Assembly: GCF_902713615.1 (NCBI RefSeq)
Contig: NC_052154.1
Coordinates: 189,199,353-189,263,352, forward strand
Origin: Scyliorhinus canicula
Taxonomy: Eukaryota
Length of the DNA: 64,000 bases
Reading direction: 5' to 3'
Shown: positions 13,901 through 24,659 of the stretch, one piece after another
Numbering within the stretch: position 1 is the stretch's first letter
How the letters are laid out: every line of letters begins with the position of its first letter
Position numbers and translations under genes: made by a program
Notes under the pieces: model-generated
What the model was told of the DNA's origin: nothing
What the model saw: the letters and a program-made list of their open reading frames with translations, nothing else
The model's database searches: none

Positions 13901-15863
13901 CGAGTTGGAGGAGCTGATGGAGGCACTGGGGAGCATGCAGACAGGGAAAGCACCAGGACCTGACGGGTTCCAGGTGGAGTTTTATAAGAAGTTTTCAGAT
14001 CTGCTGGGCCCGCTGCTTGTGAGGACTCTGAATGAGGCGAGGGAAGGGGGGTTTTGCCCCTGACGATGTCTAGAGCAATAATCTTACTGATCCTGAAGCG
14101 GGATAAGTACCCCTCCAGTGTGGGTCTTACAGGCCAATTTCGCTCCTCAACATGGAGGCAAGGTTGTTGGCTAAGGTACTGTCCAGAAGGGTGGAAGATG
14201 TGGTTCCGATGGTTATCCATGAGGACCAAACGGGGTTTGTGAAGGGGAGGCAGCTGAATGTCAATGTGCGGTGGCTTCTTAATGTTATGGTGATGGCGTT
14301 GGCGGCTGCGGAGGCGGAAATAGTAGCATCGATGGATGCAGAGAAAGGGTGGAGTGGAGCTACCTGTGGGAAGTGCTGAGAAGGTTTGGGTTTGGTGAGG
14401 GATTCATCAGCTGGGGCCGGTTGCTGTACAGCTCCCCGGTAGCGAGTGTGGTGACGAATGGGAGGAGGACGAAAGTCAGAGGACTTTCGGCTTTCCTGGG
14501 GACGAGGCAGGGGCCCCTTGTCTCCCCTGCTCTTCGCGTTAGCGATTGAGCCCTTGGCCATGGCGCTGGGGTATTCGAAGAACTGAAGGGGGATTGTGCG
14601 GGGGGGGGGGGGGAGGAGCACTGGTTGTCGCTGCACGCAGATGATTTACTGCTGTACATTGCGGATCCGGCGTGGGGATGCCAGAGGTGTTAAAGATACT
14701 TGGGAAGTTTGGGGACTTTTCGGGCTACAAGCTCAATGTGGGGAAGAGTGAGCTGTTTGTGCTGCACCTGGGGGACCAGGAGAGGGAGATAGGAGAGCTC
14801 CCATTGAAGAGGGCAGAGAGGAGCTTTAGGTATCTTGGGGTCCAGATAGCTAGGAGCTGGGGGGCCCTGCATAGGCTAAACTTTTCGAGGCTGGTAGAAC
14901 AGATGGAGGAGGAGTTCAGGGGGTGGGACGCACTGCCACTCTCTTTGGCGGATAGGGCCCAGTCAGTTAAGATGACGGTGCTCCCGAGGTTTTTGTTTCT
15001 TTTCCAGTGCCTCCCCATACTGATTCTGAAGGCTTTTTTTAAGAGGGTTAACAAGAGTATTCTGGGGTTCGTACGGGCGTGGAAGACCCCGAGAGTGAGG
15101 AGGGTATTCCAGGAGCCAGGGTATTCCTTTGGAGGCATTGGTGACGGCCCCACTCCCACTCCCCCCCGGCAAGATATTCCACGAGTCCGGTAGTGGTGGC
15201 GTTCCACAAAATTTGGGGGCAGTGGAGGCTGCATGGGGGGAAGTGAAGGCCTCAGTGTGGGTCCCGATACGGGGCAATCACCGGTTTGCACCAGGGAGAA
15301 TGGATGGTGGGTTTTTGAGTTGGCATAGGGCAGGCATCAGGCAGATGGGGGATCTTTTCCTCGATGGGAAGTTTGCGACTTTAGATGAGTTGGAGGGGAA
15401 GTGGGGCCTCCCCCCTGGGAATGCTTTCAGGTATATGCAGATTAGGGCATTTGTTAAGCGGCAGGTGGCGGAGTTCCCGCTGCTGCCGCCTAGGGGGCTG
15501 CAGGATAGGGTGCTCTCGGGGATGTGGGTCGGTGAGGGGAAGATCTCGGCAATTTATCAGATGATGCAGGAAGAGGAGGAGGCCTCGGTGGAAGAGCTGA
15601 AAGCGAAGTGGGAGGAGGAGCTAGGGGAGGAGATCGATGATGGGACATGGGCGGATGCCCTGGGGAGGGTGAACTCGTCCTCTTCTTGCGCACGGCTCAG
15701 CTTAATTCAGCTGAAGGTGCTGCATAGGGCGCACATGACTGACGCCAGGATGAGCCGGTTCTTTGGGGGGGAGGACAGGTGTGGGAGGTGTTCAGGAGGC
15801 CCGACGAACCACACCCACATGTTCTGGGCATGTCCGGCGTTGGAGGGGTTCTGGAGGGGTTTG
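10940..15863 (+). mobile_element. L1-clade LINE with intact 5' end, disrupted ORF1/ORF2, missing 3' end
   Basis: ORF1 11088-11933 (coiled coil, RKNLRILGLPEG, in-frame stops). ORF2 from 12532: APE motifs TWSVRGLN, LQET, GGDFN, SDH; RT motifs GPDGF, HADDLLL; C-terminal CGRC...HMFWAC. Confidence 0.93.
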
Positions 15864-16364
15864 AAAACTCTTTGAGTAAATCCTTCATATTATAAAAACA
15901 GTCTCATTATCTGAAATGCAAATTGGATTGGCTTGAAACACATGGCTTGCCAATATTCTTTAAAAAAAACTCAGGTGCAGAGAGAGGAAACTCAAAGATC
16001 CTGGATGTCTAATCTGTGCTACTGGCATGTATTTTAACTGTCCACTATGTATTTGAACAAAGCTTTTGCATGAAACACACTAAAGATGAATTGAGAGTTG
16101 GTGGGCTTTAGTATATCAATAATGTTATCAAGAATAACATATTTCAGCCTCAATACGTATTGGTCAATCAGAATTGAGTGGCAGGTGATTGACATTTCTG
16201 CCAACTGTCCATGCAAAGAGGAAGCGGATAAAGACTTTACTTGGGGCTTTTCACAGTAACATCACTGCAGTGTTAATGTAAGCTTACTTGTGACAATAAT
16301 GAAGATTATTTTTGTATAGTGTATTTTAATTTTTTTTAACTAAAGTACAATCAAAGTACAACAG

Positions 16365-16835
16365 TGGACTGTTTAGCACACTGGGCTAAATCGCTGGCTT
16401 TGAAAGCAGACCAAGGCAGGCCAGCAGCACGGTTCGATTCCCATAACAGCCTCCCCGAACAGGCGCCGGAATGTGGCGACTAGGGGCTTTTCACGGTAAC
16501 TTAATTGAAGCCTACTCGTGACAATAAGCGATTTTCATTTCATCAAATCCGAAACATGTTAGCCCAAAGGAGGACCTGAATTCAATTCCCAGCTTGAGTC
16601 ACTATCTGTGTAAAGTCTGCATGTTCTCCCCGTGTCTGCGTGGGCTTCCTCCAGGTGTCCCGGTTTCCTCCAAGTCCCAAAAACGTGCTTGTTAGGTGAA
16701 TTGGATAGTCTGAATTCTCCCTCAGTGTACCCGAACAGGCGCCGTACTGTGGCGACTAGGCGATTTTCACAGCAACGTCATTACAGTGTTAATATAAGCC
16801 TACTTGTGACACTAATAAAGATCATTATTATTATT
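16365..16835 (+). mobile_element. Two adjacent SINEs (family B, then V-SINE body with (ATT)n tail)
   Basis: Similar to 3904-4087 and to the 24365-24659 family. Confidence 0.75.
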
Positions 16836-17002
16836 AATAATAGGAGGAGCCAGGCCTGTCTGCAGTTTTGCAGTTTGCCATGGGATTTTGGTCTGACAAG
16901 ACAGAAGGATTTTAAGTTGAACCGCAGTTTTGTCAAATTCTGTTAGGTTGAGCAGAAGTGTACTGAATCTGTTCTTGGAAGGAACTCTCTCTAAATATTT
17001 CT

Positions 17003-17209
17003 AGTAAGAAGTCTTACAACACCAGGTTAAAGTCCAACAGGTTTGTTTCAAACACGAGCTTTCGGAGCACGGCTCCTTCTTCAGATTCACCTGAAGAAGG
17101 AGCCGTGCTCCGAAAGCTCGTGTTTGAAACAAACCTGTTGGACTTTAACCTGGTGTTGTAAGACTTCTTACTGTGCTCACCCCAGTCCAACGCCGGCATC
17201 TCCACATCA
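17003..17209. mobile_element. Penelope-type palindromic element with hammerhead motif, copy 1
   Basis: Perfect 82-bp inverted arms (17003-17084 and 17091-17172) with a 6-nt loop. Flanking direct repeat TAAATATTTCTA at 16992-17003 and 17210-17221. CTGAAGA...GAAA core. Confidence 0.8.
17088..17122 (+). ncRNA. Minimal type I hammerhead ribozyme motif
   Basis: CAC-CUGAAGA-A-GGAGC(CGU)GCUCC-GAAA-GC-UC-GUG. Stem I is only 3 bp. Confidence 0.55.
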
Positions 17210-17775
17210 TAAATATTTCTACACAGCTAAGCAAATAAACTTGTTTTGTTAACTTTATGTATAAATTAAATTTGAACCATTTTGGGCAACTTAATTGGAG
17301 TTCGTAGCAGGTAGAGACAGTAAGTTTAGGTTTATCCTTGTATTGAAGAACTGTTTAACTGATAATTGTAAAGTTATTTCTGTGATGTTAATGTGGCTAA
17401 TAAATTAAAGTTTGTTCTAATATTAAAAAATGCCCATTGGTCAGAATAATTACACCTGGGGGAAAGTATCCTTTTCCTCAAAATTTTACAAATTTAAAAC
17501 ATATATTTGGGGTTCTCGTCTGGTATTGTAACAAATGATGGAGTTTTGACTGGTAGCCTAACACAATAATCAGGCAATTTGGATGGAAACAAGGTCTTAA
17601 AACTGAAGTGAAGAGACCAAGGTATTGTTCAGAAAAATTCAAGGAAGATTAAACAAAGTGTTATGTGTTAAAGAGACAATTGCTGTACCTAGATTTAAAG
17701 TGGGGCAGCAGACGTTAGAGGTACATGAAACTGTTGATGGCATTTTAATCCAGTCTGGGAATCGAGAATTTATTT

Positions 17776-18072
17776 TTGATTTGATTGATTTCATTTGATT
17801 TATTGTCACATGTACCGAAGTACAGTTTAAAGTATTTTTCAGCGGCCGAGGGAACATACATAGTACGTACATAGTAGACAAAGAATAATCAACAGAGAAC
17901 ATTGACAAATGGTACATTGACAAACAGTGATTGGTTACAATGCGGAACAAGGGGCCAAATAAAGCAAATACATGAGCAAGAGCAGCAGGGCATTGTGAAT
18001 AGTGTTCTTACAGGGAACAGATCAGTCCGAGGGGGAGTCATTGAGGAGCCTGGTAGCTGTGGGGAAGAAGCT
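17776..18072 (-). mobile_element. Rex1/Babar 3'-end fragment
   Basis: Reverse complement of the 2070-2340 3'UTR/tail. Confidence 0.8.
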
Positions 18073-21000
18073 GGGGAATTGAAGCAATTGTTAACATCTT
18101 GTACCGCAGTCAAGACAAAGAAATCTTAAAGAGGAAAAGTGGGTGTATCTCCACCTCAAGGACTGCAGTGGTCCAAGAAGGCAGCTCACCACCACCTTCT
18201 GAAGGGCAACTAGGGATGGGCAATAAATCTTGGCCTAACCAGGAATGCTCACATCCTGTAAAATAATTTTTTTAAATCCTGGACTGGATTCATGGTTAAA
18301 AAAGGAGTGGAAGCTTTGTTTAAAAAGGTAATTTGGATAACCTAGTCTGGATTTTGGAATGCAAGCAACTGATGGAAAGCATTATTGTCAAAGCAAAATT
18401 TAAAGTGTTTTTTTGGGGGGAGTGGAGTTTGCAAACTCCCATATGACAATCATCTGGGGAGATTCTGAGGAGTAATCCGCAGGCACTAACTTGGGTTGAG
18501 AGTGGAGTGTGTGTATTTGACCACAATCGACTTGTCTGCTTAAAGGGGACTTTGTGTGTTAATGAGATCATGCAGCTTCGGGTGTACTCTGTAATCCATG
18601 TTAATTTTTAAATTAGTGTGTAATTGGTAAACTGAGGGGGTGAGTAAATGTCCATATTTAATCCATATTTTTCATGTTGAATAAAATGAAAGAAGTAAAC
18701 GTTACGGCCCTTTGAGCCAGTGCGGGCTCTTCTTGCCCAGTTATGACACCAACTGGGATCTTAGTATTACCTATATCATTCACTGAAATAAAATGATAAA
18801 CGTGCTAGGCTGCAGGGGAAGGAGGGGATGTGGCCTGAGGTGAATTAACTTCAATGCAATGTTAATGTAAGCCTACTTGTGACACTAATAAATATTATCA
18901 TTATTACTCAGAGAGCTAGCACAGACACAATGGAGTGAATGGCCTTCTTACGTCCGTATCCATTCTCTGATTTCGATATTCAGTGGTATAGTTTGAATAC
19001 ATTTAACTGTACAACCCTGGTTAGAATTGGGTCGGATTGGATCGAATGGTTAATTCAGGAGTTTAGTTTGTGAATAAGCCAAATCATAATCTAGAAATGA
19101 AATCGTCAAGGGGGCAGACAGGTTAGAGAAATGGTGTGGGGGGGTCGAAAGAGTGTCCTGACTACATTTCACACATTGCTTATTTTATGAGATTGAGGCC
19201 AAGTGTAATGAAATGTGTTGAGGCACATATTTTAATGTGTTCCTCCGCCTATCCACATCAAACCTTCACCGACAGCAACTGGAGACTTGCAGGGAGTTGC
19301 TTCCAGACCTGACTGCCAGCCTCCCTGAGCGAGAACAACACTCTTACTAAACCCAGGTGGAAAGACGACAATCGGACAAAACAAACGGATGAGTGAAACA
19401 ATTTCGCCTCGATTGCTTTGAAGCAGATTGCAGCCTCTGGGGAGGGAGGGAGGGAGAGGGGGGGAGCGAGCCTCCGAGTTACTACAGCATGTTACCCTGG
19501 TAAATTCAGACATGTTTTCAAGCTCTCCCCTCAATTCTCAAGTCGAGAAGGGAAACGGAACTGTTCCCTCACATCTGATGTAGCAGAATCTTTTCAAAAT
19601 CATTTTTGATTCACATTTATTTTGCATGTTTTCATATAAGCCAAATACCGCGACCACTAGAAATCTGGAAAACATGGAATCTACATTCTGCAGGCAAAGA
19701 AATTGCCTCCTGTCCCATATCTGTCCAATCTCATTGATTAATGCAGTTTTGAAATATCCAATAATTATGCAAATGCTTTGCTGTGGTCAGTAAACCTTTG
19801 CACCAATGACTAAATATGCAATGTGTGTAAATCATATCACATTCACTGGTAATTTGTCACAGCGACCTTTCCCATCTAAGCGGGTCCAGTGATGCTGCGG
19901 TGTTCTAACCCTTTTTCCCCCCTAAATATAACAAATATATTCTCATCCCCATGTGACCTGGTGACGTTTACATGTCAAAAGAGTCAAACTGAGCTCAGTT
20001 TCTATCTATGATAATACTGTCAGGTATAGAGAATTCGAACAATCGATCCAGTGCACTCTGTGCCTAAAGTAGTGTCGGAATTGGTAACATGGCAATAATT
20101 TCAAACGCTGAAAGAATGTTTGCATTGGGTCTGATACGAGCTCGGTATCAAACGTAAATCTCGCGCTGTAGATCAAACGCAAAATTTATTATTACTACAC
20201 AGCGAAGTTTTTTTTTAGCCAACTTCCCTTTTAATTGTTGCTCGCTCATGCTTTCAAATCGGTGGATGGGCAGAGGAGTACAGTACTGTATCAGTTGGAC
20301 GGGTCAGATTGCCACTCCACTCAGTTCTGCAAACAATCGCGCGTTTACCAACCAGGCGAAAACATTGAGATGGTTGTGAGAAACCAGCCTGGATTTGCAA
20401 TGGTTTGGCTAAAACAAAAATAATCCGTTGGAATTGTATGGCCTTCCACACACTCCAGCTGAGTGAGGTGCTTGAACGGATTGATATTTGAGCAGCCTGT
20501 CCATATGACCAAGGTTCCAAATGAATGGAGTAACGAATTGATGAAATTATTGGAATATATATGAATATTTACTCTTTGTGACATTCTGTGTCACAAGATT
20601 TTTGTTGAAGGATACCATCTTAGTGCAGTGCAGTGACAATTTATTGTTGAACATGATTTTCCAGGTTTACCTATTTAGAATCATAGATTCTATGCCCTTT
20701 AACTACTGAAAATGGCTGATAAAACCTCTATTGTCACCCAATTGAATAACAAATAATAATAATTATTATTAATTGAATAAGTACCATCGGTCCTTCCCAT
20801 AAATGATTTATTAAAACTGGTTTGTAACTTATGTTCGCGATAATTAAAGTTTGCACATAAAGGACCAATCGGTGATCAGTTACTCAACACAAAATGCCAT
20901 TGAAACCTGAGAATCATTCTTTCTAATAAAGAGATTGAATCGCAATGATTGTCCACAGACTGTACAATGCGCGCAGTGACTGGAAGCCACCCTTAGCGCC

Positions 21001-22789
21001 GCTATTCCACATCTCTGTAACGGGGAATGTCATAAAACACCAGAAATGGAAAGGCTTTTGCTGCACTACTGAAGATCTGTCTCGACATTGCAGAAACTTT
21101 TTTATGCCTCGGGAATATTCTTGGTTGGCAGACTGGCACAAAGATATACGAGTAAACAATTGAGCGATGCCAGGAATGAAATAGCAATGCACCTGAACCC
21201 CAATCCAATATAAAGTATGTGGACTCAAATTGTAGCGGGGCGATTTTGTGCTGCCCAGTACAACGGCGACGCCTTGAACTATTGGATGTCGGGGGACATA
21301 TTCTGCAACTCCAGGCAGGGGACATATTCCTCATCCCTTGTCCCCCGCGGTGACCCCCAACTAACGCTACTCCGTCAGAATGGAACCAGTTTAATTGCCC
21401 GTTAATTACCAATCAATTACACTTTCAACATTTACCCCATTAATCCCAGGCATGAGGTGAGCTGCTCTCGATTCGTAAAGAGTTAATGACCTAGCCCACA
21501 CCAACAAGGAATTAAAATGGATTTAACTTTTGTTTTTATAGAGTGAACTACTTTGAAAACCTGATAAACCTTGTTAAAGAGTCTAACTTTTTGGCGTGCA
21601 TTATTAAAATTTTAAAACTATTTTAAAGGAGCTATCTTGTCAAAATCGTTAAATTTTAAACAAAGTTGTTCCAATTTCAATTTGCGAAACTGTGTACATT
21701 TTTAATTTTGCAAAATTGATTATTTTAAGTTTTTTTCCAATTGTGTTTATTTTTTTAACGGATTAATCATGTCTATTGGATCTAATTTTCCGGTGCCTTT
21801 CTCTTCACTGCAGCACTCTGCATTCTCCCGTTTCTGTTGTGTAGTCACTGGGAGGCGATCACGAACTGCCTGTCATTTCCACAGCACTGTGTAACAGTGA
21901 TGGCCTGATGGCCCTCACTGCATCCACTGTCAGAGTAAATCCTCCCTCCGGGCAAGCCGAACTCACGCCATGGCGAACACGGTAGCTAGGAAGGCAGATA
22001 AATGGATTCAGTGTCGGCTGCGGGAGCCAGCCTGTTATCTTTGTTCGAAGTGAAGACGGATTGGGCATCGTGGGACTGTGAGGAATGTCTCAAATTCCAC
22101 AAGATTGGAGCAGACGGTCTGAAGACAAGTCAGCTCCTCCGCAATTGTACGTTTGGGGACCTCATTCTGAACTGCACATTTTATTCCCGCCGTCTAACAA
22201 AACGACTGTGGAGCTGACACTAACTTAGTTATCCCCTCAGCATTTTCATTTCATCTTTATTGGATTTCCGAAGTGAATCGACATGAAAGATGCGCTGATG
22301 GTTTGTGACATGAGGAGGGAGGAAACGGTAGTTGCAATTTGTCACCTTGGCCTCCAACGTCGCGGTCGCAACCTATTGTGTGGAATAGCTTTTGATTTAG
22401 GGATGGATGGGAGGGATGCCTATCTACTTTAGTGAGGAATACCTACATCAGAAAACATAGCAAAGGCATATGAAGAAGTAGGAAATGAAGAACAGGGAAG
22501 ACAAGTTAAGAGTATAACTACTCAGAATCAGGGAAGTGATTCTTTATAAAATGAAAATGAAATTATTTAATGAGAATCTAATAATAGGGATTACTGCAAT
22601 TTTGTCCTTTTTCAGTCATTATACTAATATGGAAATAGCCCGTCACTGTGGTGTTATAGGCTTTTATATTCATTGTGGAAAGATGGCCTTGCCTGGAAGC
22701 AGCTTCCCTCATTAGTTTTTTAGGTGGTAGAACGCATGGGATTGAGAGATGCTGTGGACGGAAATTGGAGATTTGCTGCGTCTGTAGAT

Positions 22790-23330
22790 GGTGCGCACAG
22801 ATGTCCGATAGAGAGCATCCTATCCGGCTGCATCGCAGTCTGGTATGGCAACTGCTCGGACCAAGATTCCAAGAAACTGCAGAGTGTGGTGAACTCAGCC
22901 CAATGCATCACATAAGCTTTCCACCCCCATATTGATTCTGTCTACACCTCCCACTGCCTCAGAAAGGCAGACAGCATTGTCAGAGACCCCTACCACCCAG
23001 GCATTGCCTTCTTCCAGACCCTTCCATCAGGCAGAAGGTACAGAAGTCTGAAGACCTGCACATCCAGACATAGACTCCCCCTCAAACTGATCTGTTCCCT
23101 GTAAGAACACTATTCACAACGCCCTGTGCTGCTCTTGCTCATGTATTTGCTTTGTTCGGCCCTTTGTTCTGCACTGTAACCAATCACTATTTGTCGATGT
23201 ACCATTTGTCAATGTACTCTGTTGATTATTCTTTTTGTCTACTATGTACGTACTGTGCACGTTCCCTCAGCCGCAGAGAACTACTTTTCACTGTACTTTG
23301 GTACATGTGACAATAAATTAAATTAAATCA
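22790..23330 (+). mobile_element. Rex1/Babar 3' fragment
   Basis: RCPIESILSGCIAVWYGNC plus 3'UTR matching 1780-2340. Confidence 0.85.
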
Positions 23331-24364
23331 CTGCTGCCACTTTGCATTGATGGTAGAGGGATTGAATGTTCAATGGGATGATTAGGGTGTTGATCAAGTG
23401 ACCTGCTTTGTCCTGGATGGCGTTGAACTCGAGTGTTCTCATTCAGGTAGTTGGACAGTACTCCATCACACACATCTGTAGCCTTGTAGAAGATGGATCA
23501 ACTTTGGGGAATGAGAATGAGTTACTCACTGCAGAGTTCCCAGCCTCTGACCCACTCTTGATTTTTTATTCTTTCATCGGATGTGGGTGCCGCTAACTGT
23601 AGAAGCATTTCTAATTGCAACTTGAACTAGTGACTATATCTGTGACCACAAGGGGGAACGTTTGGCCTGTGTTTACTTTATCAATCCCTATTAGTATTTT
23701 ATATACCTCGATCAGATCCCCTCTCATTCTCCTAAATTCTTCTAAATTATACATTTGTAACAAGTCAAGTATACAAGCATGTGTTTTGTGTGCATCTGTG
23801 AGATTGTGTATGTCTGTGTTGTGTGCTGGTATGTTTTCTGTTGAAGACTGCATATATGTCAGGAAGGATTTAGAAACCTAAATGATGCTATACACTACAA
23901 AATTGGATGGCAAGCACACTGGTTCAATGCATCTATCTTAAATTTCTCCCTACACTTTTTGAATGGAGTTGTTATTTAGTTCTGGATGGTTTAACGTCTC
24001 TGTTTCAATAAAGATATATGAAGGCATTCATGCCTATTATTTCAGTATAATTTCAGGTTCCAAGTGTTTTGTTCTCTCTTCACTTCATACCTGCAGATCT
24101 GAAGTTTCCACCTTAAATATTATGTGCAGCTTCCTATTTTATGCATTTGAACAAGAACAAAGAACAAAGAAAAGTACAGCACAGGAACAGGCCCTTCAGC
24201 CCTCCATGCCCATGCCGACCATGCTGCCCGTCTAAACTAAAATCTTAAAGAACAAAGAAAAGTAAATTTGTTTGCATTCTTCATTAATTTATCAATTCCC
24301 ACACACACTTGCTCACTCTTTTTCAGAAGATTTTGTGCTTGCACAAATAGGCTTCTAATTTAAC

Positions 24365-24659
24365 AATGATAATAATCTTTATTATTGTCACAAGTAGGCT
24401 TACATTAATACTGCAATGTCAAAAGCCCCTAGTCACCACACTCTGGCGCCGGTTTGGGTACACAGAGGGAGAATTCAGAATGTCCAATTCACCTAATAGC
24501 ATGTCTTTTGGGACTTCTGGGAGGAAACTGGAGCACCGGGAGGAAACCCACGCAGACACAGGGAGAACGTGCAGACTCCGCACAGATAGTGGCCCAAGCG
24601 GGATTCGAACCTGGGACCCTGGCATTGTGAAGCAACATGCTAACCACTGCGCTACCGTG
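24365..24659 (-). mobile_element. V-SINE-type SINE with (ATT)n tail
   Basis: Same core and tail as 43880-44200 and 63510-63800. Confidence 0.8.

Noticed and set aside
11037-15875. Active or domesticated L1 genes
   Set aside because: Multiple in-frame stops and frameshifts in both ORFs, an altered YADD (HADD), an internal deletion and no 3' end.
17003-17172. Pre-miRNA, terminator or CRISPR-like repeat
   Set aside because: It is multi-copy and dispersed with TSDs, has no spacers, and its perfect long arms fit a mobile element.
16840-17565. Possible solo LTR surrounding palindrome copy 1 (similar impression at 1-530 and 18280-18690)
   Set aside because: Only a general LTR-like appearance; I could not define paired ends, a TSD or a second copy.
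22030-22100. Zinc-finger-like CYLC...CEEC pattern
   Set aside because: The two CxxC motifs are in different frames with a stop between them and no supporting homology; probably chance.
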